From Frankiaceae bacterium (GTDB lineage: Bacteria; Actinomycetota; Actinomycetes; JAFAQI01): DNA of 64,000 nt. This document shows positions 33,312 through 41,439 of this stretch, piece by piece. The position numbers and the translations under genes are program-made. How positions within the stretch are numbered: the stretch's first letter is position 1; each line of letters starts with the position of its first letter. Where the stretch lies: positions 1,802 through 65,801 of the forward strand of contig JAICMI010000001.1 of NCBI GenBank assembly GCA_025929315.1. The letters run 5' to 3'. The notes below the pieces were generated by a model. That model saw nothing but the letters and a program-made list of their open reading frames with translations. It had not been told where the DNA came from and did not search any database.

Positions 33312-34160
33312 CTAGCTGTTGGACCACTCCGCGGGCCCTCGTTCGGATCGAGGGAGCCAGAAGTTCCAGCCCTCCGGAGCGGGCGGCCACGAAGGATCCG
33401 GCTGCCAACCCGGTGGCGGTGACCATCCACCTTGTGGCGTCGGCCAGCCAGGGGGCGGGTTGAACAGCATCATGCCAGGCATTGCCGACAAGGGCAGCGG
33501 CTTGGGAACGAGCGACTCGCGCCGGCTGAGACCGACGACGACGGCGATCGCCAGCACCGCGGCCAGCACGGTGATCACGTCGCCGCCGGCCGAAATTCGG
33601 TCTGCCTTGACCACGTCCTCCGGCCTACCGCGCGGCAAGTTCGTCCCTACAGCCGAAAGCACCTGGGACAGCACCCACAATGCCCACCACACATGGACTC
33701 GAGCCGCTACCCGCGGGCGTGGTGTGGTCGTGGTCGCCGTTGCCCGCCATGCGTCGTTGATCATCTGCTTGGGGCGAACAAAGTTGACCAGCGGCACGAA
33801 CCAGCCCCAGATCACCCAGCCCGTCGAGTGGCGAAGCAGCTCCCCGCGGCTGCGTTCTAGCCGGCGAAGCATCCGGTAGTGCCACGTGATGAAGACGACG
33901 GCTGTCACCAGGAGGACCGCGAAGGAGGTGCCCCGCGCAGTGGCGACGTGATGGTCCAACGAGGTCATCCTGCCCTCGTCGAGACCCATGGCTCCTTTGC
34001 TCACCCGCGCGGCGTAGCGAGCCCGGTCGAGCTCGGCGACAACCGTCCAGACCGACATGGCGGCGCAGGCCAGCAGTCCGACGACGACCGACCATGCAAG
34101 CGCACCGACGCGCGCCAACTCAACGTTCGGTTCCGGTCGCGGCGCGTCCACGTCACTCAT
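33312..34160 (-). CDS. DUF4328 domain membrane protein with Pro/Trp-rich C-terminal tail
   Basis: I place the start at ATG 34160 (MSDVDAPRPEP...). GWVIWGWFVPLVNFVRPKQMINDAW is the DUF4328 core. The tail is PPPGWPTPQGGWSPPPGWQPDPSWPPAPEGW. Confidence 0.75.
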   Translation of the reverse strand: MSDVDAPRPEPNVELARVGALAWSVVVGLLACAAMSVWTVVAELDRARYAARVSKGAMGLDEGRMTSLDHHVATARGTSFAVLLVTAVVFITWHYRMLRRLERSRGELLRHSTGWVIWGWFVPLVNFVRPKQMINDAWRATATTTTPRPRVAARVHVWWALWVLSQVLSAVGTNLPRGRPEDVVKADRISAGGDVITVLAAVLAIAVVVGLSRRESLVPKPLPLSAMPGMMLFNPPPGWPTPQGGWSPPPGWQPDPSWPPAPEGWNFWLPRSERGPAEWSNS

Positions 34161-34228
34161 CGCGACCCCCGGTATGGCGACTTTCACCAACGTACAGGGG
34201 GCCTGGCGACGACCGTGGCTGTGGCGGT

Positions 34229-35235
34229 CTAGTGACCTGAGTCAGAGATCCGCTGGCAGTAGGCGGCGAGGCTGTCGAGGATTTCGTCGGCTGTTTTGTG
34301 CCAGATGAACGGCTTCGGGTTGTCGTTCCAGCTAGTGATCCAGGTCCGGATCGAGGCGACCAGGTCGCGGACCGAGCGATGGGTCCCACGTTTGATCCAT
34401 TTCGTCGTCAGCTCTGCGAACCACCGTTCGACCAAGTTGAGCCATGAGCTGTAGGTCGGGGTGAAGTGCAGCGTGAAGCGCGGGTGGCGAACCAGCCAGC
34501 GTTGGATCGACGGTGTCTTGTGCGTGGAGGAGTTGTCGAGCACGACGTGCACGTCCAGGTGCGCCGGCACGGTCTTGTCGATCAGGGTGAGGAACCGACG
34601 GAACTCCTCGGCTCGATGCCGTGGTGTCATCTCGGTGATGACCTGACCTGACGCGACATCCAAAGCCGCGTAGAGGTTCGTCGTGCCGTTACGCACGTAG
34701 TCGTGGGTGCGCCGCTCCGGCACCCCCGGCATCAGCGGCAGTACCGGAGCGGTGCGGTCCAACGCTTGGATCTGTGACTTCTCATCCACACACATCACGA
34801 CAGCAGCGTCGGGCGGGTTGAGGTAAAGCCCGACGATGTCGCGGACCTTGTCGATGAACTGCGGATCCGGGGAGAGTTTGAAGCTTTCGCTCTGGTGCGG
34901 CTTGAGGCCGAACGCCCGCCAGATCCGGCTCACCGCGGTCTGGCTCATCCCGGTCGCCGCCGCCATCGACCGGGTCGACCAATGGGTGGCATTCGGTGGT
35001 TGCTCCTCGAGCGTCTTGACCAGTCCACGCTGAGCGAACCGGCACGCCACTTGCCCACCGTGGACGCGTTGCACCCCAACCGCGCGGCGATGTCCTTGCT
35101 GGACTCCCCGTCCGCCGCCGCCAACACGATCCGGCATCGCAACGCCAACGCCTGCGCGCTCTTCGGACGGCGCGCCCAGCGCTGAAGAACTTCCCTCTGC
35201 TCAACAGTGAGGACAACCTCGGCGCGTTGCGGCAT
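34229..35235 (-). CDS. IS630 family transposase, split into an HTH frame (35235..34945) and a DDE frame (..34229); a -1 shift is needed near 35039-35044
   Basis: The first frame reads MPQRAEVVLTVEQREVLQRWARR...STVGKWRA. The -1 frame continues RFAQRGLVKTLEEQPPNATHWS...CVDEKSQIQAL...VVLDNSSTH...YSSWLNLVERWF. No A/T-rich slippery heptamer is visible, so this is either a 1-nt deletion or non-canonical frameshifting. Confidence 0.8.
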
Positions 35236-35315
35236 GACAGCCCCCATCGTCGTCGGTGACGAAGGAGTTCGACGCAGCAGGTCACATTCCTGCGAATTAA
35301 CGACTCAGGTCACTA
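34230..35315 (-). mobile_element. IS630 family insertion sequence (about 1.09 kb) flanked by a TA duplication within CTAG
   Basis: Perfect 14-bp terminal inverted repeats TAGTGACCTGAGTC (34230-34243) and GACTCAGGTCACTA (35302-35315). Both ends are embedded in CTAG. It encodes a DDE transposase with IS630 motifs. Confidence 0.9.
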
Positions 35316-35825
35316 GTCGCTGCCGAGCAGGGTGCTGAGCTCGCTGTCCTCGAGGACGGAGTCGCGGTGAGCGTCGTGGGGGTAGGGCACGGCGCGCACG
35401 TAAGCAGCGCAGCTCGCCCAGGCGTAGGCGGCGAACGCGACGATCAGCAGGCCGGTGCCGTAGTGGTAACCCAGCGGCCGCGCGGCCTGCGACAAGGTCG
35501 ATGACGCGATCTGCGTCTCGGCTCCGCTGCCGAGCCACATCGACGCGAAGAGCGGACCGACGACGAGCCACATGCCGCCGAGGATCGCGAGCAGGGCACC
35601 GAACCGGGCGAGCACGCGAGGAGCCGCGGCGAGCAGAAGCAGACCGCCGAGTACGACGGCAGCCCCGGGCGCTGCGTGCAGCTCGCCGTTGGCCGTTGTC
35701 CAGTCCCAGGCCGGACCGCTGCCCATGCGGAAGCCGATTGCGGGACCGGCGAAGGCGACGATGCCGCCCCACGCGCCGAGCAGGACGAGCAGGAACCCGA
35801 TGAAGCGACTCGTGACCGTACGCAT
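35313..35825 (-). CDS. Hypothetical integral membrane protein (170 aa)
   Basis: ATG 35825 lies 5 nt after GGGAGG (MRTVTSRFIGFLLVLLGAWGG...). Four hydrophobic helices. The stop codon TAG is formed by the CTAG at the IS630 right end. Confidence 0.7.
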   Translation of the reverse strand: MRTVTSRFIGFLLVLLGAWGGIVAFAGPAIGFRMGSGPAWDWTTANGELHAAPGAAVVLGGLLLLAAAPRVLARFGALLAILGGMWLVVGPLFASMWLGSGAETQIASSTLSQAARPLGYHYGTGLLIVAFAAYAWASCAAYVRAVPYPHDAHRDSVLEDSELSTLLGSD

Positions 35826-35875
35826 GGCAACCTCCCGATTGTCTGGGACATACCCGCTGCGCAGCGTGTCTATTG

Positions 35876-38080
35876 CTAGGTCAGCGCATCGGTCAGCAAC
35901 GACACGAGTGCCTCGAGCTGGACGTCGACCGTCGTGGTCTCCACGTCCGATCCGTCGAGAGCACGGGCGGCAAGACCGGCCTTGGTGTCGATCAGCTCCG
36001 CCACGCGCGCGTCGATGGTCTGCGCGGCGATGATGCGCCAGGCCACGACGGGCTGGTCCTGACCGATCCGGTGCACCCGGTCGATCGCCTGGGTCTGCTC
36101 GGCCGCGGTCCACGAAAGCTCCGCGAGTACGACGTTGGATGCGACCTGCAGGTTGATGCCGACACCACCGGCCGTGAGCGACACGACGATCACCTGCACG
36201 TCGGGGTCGTTGACGAATGAGTCGATCGCCTTGTTGCGCGCACGTGTGCTCTGGTCGCCGCGGATCGACGAATAGCCGATCCCCCGCTTGGCGAACACTG
36301 CTTCGGCCGTGTCCATCACGTCGATGTGCTTGGCGAAGAACACGACCTTGCCGGCGCTGCGCGACAGCTGAGCGGTGTAGTCCGCTGCAAGCTCGGCCTT
36401 GGCCTGACCGATGCGACGCATCATCGCGAACACGTTCTCGCCGTCGCTGTTGTCGTCGGTTGACTCGCGAAGCTCGCGAGCGCAGACCGTGCGCACGAGT
36501 TCGAGATCGACGGCCACGACGGAGTCCGCGTCCTTGCGTGCAGCCAACGCCGACTCGTATCGCTTGACCAGTCGTCGTACAAGGCGTCGTTCCGCGTCGC
36601 GGATCGAGTTGGCCAGCGCGCCCTCGAGCTCGACCGGCATGTCGGCGATCCGGCGCGCCGGAATGTCCTTGGCGACCTCTTCCTTGCGCCGCCGGACGAT
36701 GCCCATGTCGATGACGGTCTGCCGGGCGGCCGGATAGAAGTCCGGGTCGAGCGGTGTCATCTCGTGCTGCTCGAGACCGTGCAGAAGATCGGGACCCACG
36801 TCCTTGTCGCTGATCCAGCCGAGGAACTCCCAGATGGCAAGGAAGTCCTCGATGTCGTTGATCAGCGGCGTACCGGTCAGCGCCATCAACAGCGGTCGCA
36901 TCGAACGGTGACGGATCTTGCGCGAGAGCTCCAGTACGTTCTGTGAGCGCTGCGAGGTCTTGTTCTTGATGAAGTGGGCTTCGTCGACGACCATCCCGCG
37001 GAAGCCGAAGTTGCCGAGCCAGCCCGCGTGCCGGTCGAGGATGTCGTAGTTGACGATGACGATGTCGCTGAACGCGTCCACGTTCTCGCCGTCACCGTGG
37101 ATGACGGTCGCGCGGTGGTGCGGCGTCCACATCTCGGCCTCGCGGGCCCAGCTCGTCTTGACGACGTTGGGTACGACGGCAAGCAACGGATAGGCGTTGG
37201 TGGCCTGGGTGGCGAGCAGTGCCTGCGCGGTCTTGCCGAGGCCCGGCTCGTCAGCAAGCAGGAAGGTGCGATGACCCGCGCGCGCTGATTCGACGACCTG
37301 GGCCTGGTGGGGCATGAGGTCGCGGCCGGGCGCGATGTGTGCGTGGGAGGGGTCCGGCAGCGCCATGCATGACGTGACACCCGGCTGCGCGGTCTCGAAG
37401 GCGCGCAACAACGGGTTGAGCAGCTCCCAGTCGACGAGCAGCCGGGGCTTGGGTCGGGACGCCTGCACCGCCGAGTAGTCCGGCGCGAGGAACGGGTTGG
37501 CGAGCTGGCGAGAGATGACCGACTGGGGCACGACCTGCCTCTCCTCGCGTGCCGGAGGAGCGAACTCAGCAGCGGCGGGAGCCTCATCGATCTCCTCCTT
37601 GGCCATGCCGGCCTTCTCGCGCAGCTCGCGCAACGCGGCGGCCGTCCCGGGCAGCAGGTTGGCCTCATCGGTCAGCAACGCAAAGAGAGAGGACTCGCGA
37701 GCGGAGGTCCGGGCAAGTGCGGCGGCGAGCCCGTCGATCCTCTTGAGGGTCGCGGCTCTCTGCACCTCGGGCATGCGCTCGGTCTTTGCCTGGGCACGCA
37801 GCTCGCGGACGAGGATGCCGATCGCCTGGAAGGTCGCGCGGTTGGTCGGCGTGACCCGCTTGCGCTGGACGGCAACGTCGACGGCGGCCGCGGCCTGCGC
37901 CATCGCGGCGATCGGGCCCTGGTCCTGCGGCCGGCGCTGTGAGTTGGACCGCCGCTGCGGCTCGGACTGCCGTTGCTGCTGCCCACGTTGCTGATGCTCG
38001 GGGCGATCGGACCGTTGCTGGCCCTCGTGGCCCGCCACGGGCACGCCACCACGGGTACGGCGACGTCGCGTCGGTGGCAC
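35876..38080 (-). CDS. SNF2 family (Swi2/Snf2, RapA/HepA-like) DEAD/DEAH-box helicase with Arg/Gln-rich disordered N-terminus
   Basis: LLADEPGLGKTAQAL (motif I), VVDEAHFIKN (DEAH), LTGTPLINDIEDF, SLTAGGVGINL and QAIDRVHRIGQ. The N-terminal ~60 aa are RRRTRGG...QQRGQQQRQSEPQRR. Confidence 0.9.
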   Translation of the reverse strand: MPPTRRRRTRGGVPVAGHEGQQRSDRPEHQQRGQQQRQSEPQRRSNSQRRPQDQGPIAAMAQAAAAVDVAVQRKRVTPTNRATFQAIGILVRELRAQAKTERMPEVQRAATLKRIDGLAAALARTSARESSLFALLTDEANLLPGTAAALRELREKAGMAKEEIDEAPAAAEFAPPAREERQVVPQSVISRQLANPFLAPDYSAVQASRPKPRLLVDWELLNPLLRAFETAQPGVTSCMALPDPSHAHIAPGRDLMPHQAQVVESARAGHRTFLLADEPGLGKTAQALLATQATNAYPLLAVVPNVVKTSWAREAEMWTPHHRATVIHGDGENVDAFSDIVIVNYDILDRHAGWLGNFGFRGMVVDEAHFIKNKTSQRSQNVLELSRKIRHRSMRPLLMALTGTPLINDIEDFLAIWEFLGWISDKDVGPDLLHGLEQHEMTPLDPDFYPAARQTVIDMGIVRRRKEEVAKDIPARRIADMPVELEGALANSIRDAERRLVRRLVKRYESALAARKDADSVVAVDLELVRTVCARELRESTDDNSDGENVFAMMRRIGQAKAELAADYTAQLSRSAGKVVFFAKHIDVMDTAEAVFAKRGIGYSSIRGDQSTRARNKAIDSFVNDPDVQVIVVSLTAGGVGINLQVASNVVLAELSWTAAEQTQAIDRVHRIGQDQPVVAWRIIAAQTIDARVAELIDTKAGLAARALDGSDVETTTVDVQLEALVSLLTDALT

Positions 38081-38326
38081 TCAGCCCTCCTCGAACACAC
38101 GACCGTGGACACGGTCGGCCAAGTCGCCCCGGCTGACGTGGCTGTCGCGACTGATCGGACATGGCCCGATCTGCAGACAGCGCCGACGAAGGATCCGTCG
38201 AAGACTCGCGCGCGCGGAGGCGGTTGCCTCAGTACTCCCTCAGTCTACGCACGGACGGCTCGATCCGCATCCACACCGCTCCTGCGGCGCGTTGCACTGC
38301 GGTCGCATGCCGCCGATAGTGGACGC

Positions 38327-38587
38327 GTGGACCACGCAGTCTCGGCCGGAGCGCTGGCAGCAGCCTTTGCTGCCGTCGGGCTCCTGGCGACCGCGCTCTT
38401 CCGACTCGACAGCAAGATGGACGCCGGCTTCACTCGCCTCGAGAGCAAGATGGACGCCGGCTTCGCTCGCCTCGACGCCAAGTTGGACGCCGGTTTCGCT
38501 CGGCAGGACACGCGATTCGACCGCGTGGACGATCGGCTTTCCGCAGTCGAGATCCAGTTGGCTCGCCATCTGGAGCGGCACGGCTAG
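38327..38587 (+). CDS. Small membrane-anchored protein with tandem 11-residue repeats
   Basis: GTG 38327 lies in frame with ORF 37973..38587. The N-terminal TM segment is AGALAAAFAAVGLLATALF, followed by LDSKMDAGFTR / LESKMDAGFAR / LDAKLDAGFAR / QDTRFDRVDDR. The start is uncertain. Confidence 0.5.
   Translation: MDHAVSAGALAAAFAAVGLLATALFRLDSKMDAGFTRLESKMDAGFARLDAKLDAGFARQDTRFDRVDDRLSAVEIQLARHLERHG
38405..38503 (+). repeat. Three tandem 33-bp repeats (ctcgaSagcaagatggacgccggcttcRctcgc)
   Basis: Read directly. The units are 38405-38437, 38438-38470 and 38471-38503, and the third is more diverged. They are in frame and code the 11-aa repeats of the small protein. Confidence 0.85.
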
Positions 38588-38610
38588 CTCGGGCTGGATA
38601 CGGTCAGTGC

Positions 38611-39093
38611 GTGTCGCGGTGGGTCGTGTCGGTCGAACGCCGGATCACCGCGCCGCCGGAGCGGATCTGGGCTCTCGTGGCGGATCCCCGAAGGCACCGT
38701 GACATCAGCGGCAACGAGACGGTCCGGGACGCCTTCGACCTGCCCGAGCAGCTCTCGCTCGGGTCGACGTTCGGCATGAACATGGACTTCGGCGGCGAGT
38801 ACACGATGGCCAACACCGTCATCGACTACGACGAGAACCGCCGGATCGCCTGGCAGGCACGGCCGTCGGCCGGTGGCGCCCGATGGCGGCAGCTGTTCGG
38901 CGGGCGGATCTGGCGCTACGAGCTCGAGCCGGTCGACGGCGGCACGCTTGTCCGGGAGAGCTGGGACATCAGCCAGGAGGGCAAGTTCGGCACCCGCTGG
39001 CTGGTCCGCGGCTACGGCGCCAAGACCAAGGACAACATGACGCGCAGTCTCGAGCGCATCGAACAGCTCGCGACGTCGACGCAGCGATCCTGA
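38611..39093 (+). CDS. SRPBCC family protein (polyketide cyclase/dehydrase-like)
   Basis: WVVSVERRITAPPERIWALVADPRRH...WRYELEPVDGGTLVRESWD; 160 aa. Confidence 0.8.
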   Translation: MSRWVVSVERRITAPPERIWALVADPRRHRDISGNETVRDAFDLPEQLSLGSTFGMNMDFGGEYTMANTVIDYDENRRIAWQARPSAGGARWRQLFGGRIWRYELEPVDGGTLVRESWDISQEGKFGTRWLVRGYGAKTKDNMTRSLERIEQLATSTQRS

Positions 39094-39108
39094 GGATGAG
39101 GAGAGGCC

Positions 39109-39699
39109 ATGCCGGTCATCGACCTGAAGCCTGCCGCCAGTCGTCTGGCCGACGCCGTTGCGGCGGTACCGGACGACGCGCTCGACAACCCGACGCCGTG
39201 CAGTGAGTACACCGTCGGCGACCTGCTGGACCACATCCACGGAATCACCTACGCGTTCGGCGGTGCCGCGGAGAAGGCCACCGGAGAGACGTCGACGATG
39301 GGCCCGTCCGGGACTGCGGCCAACCTCCCGAAAGACTGGCGGACCGCCATCCCGCAGAAGCTCAACGAGCTCGCCGCCAAGTGGGACAACCCCGAAGCGT
39401 GGACCGGCGAGACATCAGTCGGCGGGCAGGGCATGCCGGCGGACGCGATCGGCGTCATCACGTTCGGCGAGCTGACCGTGCACGCGTGGGACCTGTCGCA
39501 GGGCGCCGGCGTCCCGTTCGAGGCCGACCCTGCCGGACTCGAGCCACTTCTCGAGCTCACTTCGGGTTTCTTCAACGGGCCCAACGGCGACGCGATGCGC
39601 GGCACTGCGTTCGGCCCGGCAGTTGCCGTCCCTGACGACGCCCCCGTCTTCGAACGCGCTCTCGGCGTACTCGGTCGCGACCCGCGGTGGAAGGCCTAA
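39109..39699 (+). CDS. TIGR03086-like mycothiol-dependent/DinB family metal-binding protein
   Basis: PTPCSEYTVGDLLDHIHG...ELTVHAWDLSQGAG...FERALGVLGRDPRW. A strong GGATGAGGAGAGG lies upstream of the ATG. Confidence 0.8.
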   Translation: MPVIDLKPAASRLADAVAAVPDDALDNPTPCSEYTVGDLLDHIHGITYAFGGAAEKATGETSTMGPSGTAANLPKDWRTAIPQKLNELAAKWDNPEAWTGETSVGGQGMPADAIGVITFGELTVHAWDLSQGAGVPFEADPAGLEPLLELTSGFFNGPNGDAMRGTAFGPAVAVPDDAPVFERALGVLGRDPRWKA

Positions 39700-40289
39700 C
39701 CGACGCGATAACGGATGTGCGTCGCGAATGGTGAGTGAGCGACCTCGATCTGCTCGAGCTTCACGTCCGTGATGCCCGCGAATATTGACTCACCACTCCC
39801 CAGGACGACGGGCGCCACGTCGACGACGAGCTCGTTGATCACACCTGCGTTCAGCGCCTGTCGCACCGTGGATGCGCCGCCGGCGATGTCGATCTCCTTG
39901 TCACCGGCGATCGCGCGTGCCTGCTCGAACGCCGCCTCGAAGCCGTCGACGAAGTAGAACGTCGTACCGCCCTGCATCTCTATCGGTTCGCGGGCGTGAT
40001 GAGTCAGCACGAACACCGGCGCGTGGTAGGGCGGCTCGTCGCCCCACCAGCCGCGCCAGTCGTCGTCCCACTCACCGCGAATCGGACCGAACATGTTGCG
40101 GCCCATGATGTAGGCACCCTTGGGTGCGAGCAGACTGTCGCGCCAAGCGAGGTCGTCCTCGTGCATCGGGTCGAAGTGCCACTCGTGGAGCAGCGGGCCG
40201 CCGATGCCGAGCGGGTTCTCAAGACTCTGGTGCGGTCCGGCGACGAATCCGTCGACCGACATCGACATGTGGCAGGTCACTTTGCTCAT
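39696..40289 (-). CDS. Dihydrofolate reductase family protein (RibD C-terminal domain)
   Basis: I place the start at ATG 40289 (MSKVTCHMSMSVDGFVAGP...YIMGRNMF...IAGGASTVRQALNAGVINELVVDVAPVVLGSG). Confidence 0.85.
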   Translation of the reverse strand: MSKVTCHMSMSVDGFVAGPHQSLENPLGIGGPLLHEWHFDPMHEDDLAWRDSLLAPKGAYIMGRNMFGPIRGEWDDDWRGWWGDEPPYHAPVFVLTHHAREPIEMQGGTTFYFVDGFEAAFEQARAIAGDKEIDIAGGASTVRQALNAGVINELVVDVAPVVLGSGESIFAGITDVKLEQIEVAHSPFATHIRYRVG

Positions 40290-40335
40290 GCGCACATCTT
40301 GACGGATCCCGACGACATCTATAACGTACAACTGG

Positions 40336-40671
40336 ATGGTTGTAGATCAGCAAGTCGATGCAGACCGGGTCTTTGGCGCCCTGGCCGATCCCACTCGACG
40401 CGACATCCTCGATCGGGTGCTGCGCGAGGAGGCGTCGGTGTCTGCCCTTGCTCACCGCTATGCCATGTCGTTCGCGGCAGTGCAGAAGCACGTCGCGGTG
40501 TTGGAGAAGGCGGGCCTGGTGAGCAAGCAGACGCGCGGACGGGAGCGGATGGTGCGCGGCGAAGTGCGCACCGTACAGGCGGCAGCCCGGCTGCTCGACC
40601 GCTACGAGGAGATCTGGCGCGGACGGCTCGAACGCATCGACGCGCTGCTCACCAAGGACCGTCAAGCCTGA
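40336..40671 (+). CDS. ArsR/SmtB family transcriptional regulator
   Basis: VFGALADPTRRDILDRVL..EASVSALAHRYAMSFAAVQKHVAVLEKAGLVSKQTRGRE. Confidence 0.9.
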   Translation: MVVDQQVDADRVFGALADPTRRDILDRVLREEASVSALAHRYAMSFAAVQKHVAVLEKAGLVSKQTRGRERMVRGEVRTVQAAARLLDRYEEIWRGRLERIDALLTKDRQA

Positions 40672-40688
40672 GACAAGGAGACCCTGAG

Positions 40689-41174
40689 ATGCCGCTAGTG
40701 AGCTCGAAGAAAGACGAGAACGCGCTGACGCTGACGTTGGTGGCGGACTACGACGTCTCCCCCGAACGCGTTTGGCAGTTGTGGGCCGACCCGCGTCAGC
40801 TCGAGCGCTGGTGGGGACCGCCGACCTGGCCGGCGACGTTCGAGCAATACGACTTCGCCGTCGGCGGCGAGGCGACCTACTTCATGACCGGCCCGGGTGG
40901 TGAGAAGGCTCGGGGATGGTGGCGGTTCCTCGCCGTCGACGAGCCGCGCTCCCTGGAGATGGAGGACGGTTTCTCGGACGACTCCGGCAACCCCGACGCC
41001 GCCATGCCGACGATGCGCATGCGCGCTGACATCGAGGTGACCGACACAGGATCACGGATGACAGTCACGACCTACTTCCGCAGCACGGCCGAGATGGAAC
41101 AGCTCGTCGGCATGGGGATGGTCGAAGGCATCGCCGAAGCCGTCGGCCAGATCGACAGCCTGCTCCAGGAATAA
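40689..41174 (+). CDS. SRPBCC domain protein (Aha1/activator of Hsp90 ATPase homolog-like)
   Basis: ATG 40689 lies 8 nt after AGGAG. SPERVWQLWADPRQLERWWGPPTWPATF is the Aha1-like signature. ArsR plus Aha1-like is a classic pairing. Confidence 0.85.
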   Translation: MPLVSSKKDENALTLTLVADYDVSPERVWQLWADPRQLERWWGPPTWPATFEQYDFAVGGEATYFMTGPGGEKARGWWRFLAVDEPRSLEMEDGFSDDSGNPDAAMPTMRMRADIEVTDTGSRMTVTTYFRSTAEMEQLVGMGMVEGIAEAVGQIDSLLQE

Positions 41175-41185
41175 GGCCCGGCGGG

Positions 41186-41437
41186 CTAGCTGCCTTCTTT
41201 GACGGCGAACAGCTCCTGCGCGACGCCGCCGTGGGCCTCGAGATGCACCGTCGCGGCGGCGATCGCCGAAGGCGCTTCGACCAGGCAGAACACTTTCCCG
41301 GAGGACTCGGACACCCAGTAGCGCAGGTACTGCACGTCGTACGCCGGTTGCGTGCGCAGGTCTGCGAGCCGCGCTTGTACGACGTCGTCGACGCAGACCT
41401 CGCCGTCGAGTGTGTGCACGTCCATGTAGAGCGACAT
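41186..41437 (-). CDS. DUF4242 (SCO4226-like) protein, copy B
   Basis: 83 aa and collinear with 21865..22116 (MSLYMDVHTL...YLRYWVSESSGKVFCLVEAPSAIAAATVHLEAHG). The start lies 2 nt after the stop of the LAL regulator gene. Confidence 0.8.
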   Translation of the reverse strand: MSLYMDVHTLDGEVCVDDVVQARLADLRTQPAYDVQYLRYWVSESSGKVFCLVEAPSAIAAATVHLEAHGGVAQELFAVKEGS

Positions 41438-41439
41438 GG

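Noticed and set aside
33300-34230. Looked for a rifamycin-associated element (RAE)-type inverted repeat near the arr operon.
   Set aside because: No convincing long inverted repeat is visible in the 69 nt between the DUF4328 start and the IS630 end, nor in the short intergenic gaps. The native upstream region may have been displaced by the IS. I do not trust my memory of the exact RAE consensus, so I make no call.
35876-38080. SNF2 helicase next to an IS element, considered as part of a DISARM/BREX-type phage-defence system.
   Set aside because: No methyltransferase, DUF1998, PglZ, PLD-nuclease or second helicase gene is adjacent. The neighbours are small membrane proteins and SRPBCC-type genes. 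A solitary SNF2 with an R/Q-rich N-terminus is more consistent with a RapA/HepA-like housekeeping remodeller.
40290-40335. TTGACG ... TATAAC promoter-like hexamers between the RibD-C and ArsR genes.
   Set aside because: The spacer is only 15 nt and the region is just 46 bp, shared by two divergent starts. The call is plausible but too weak to list as a feature.
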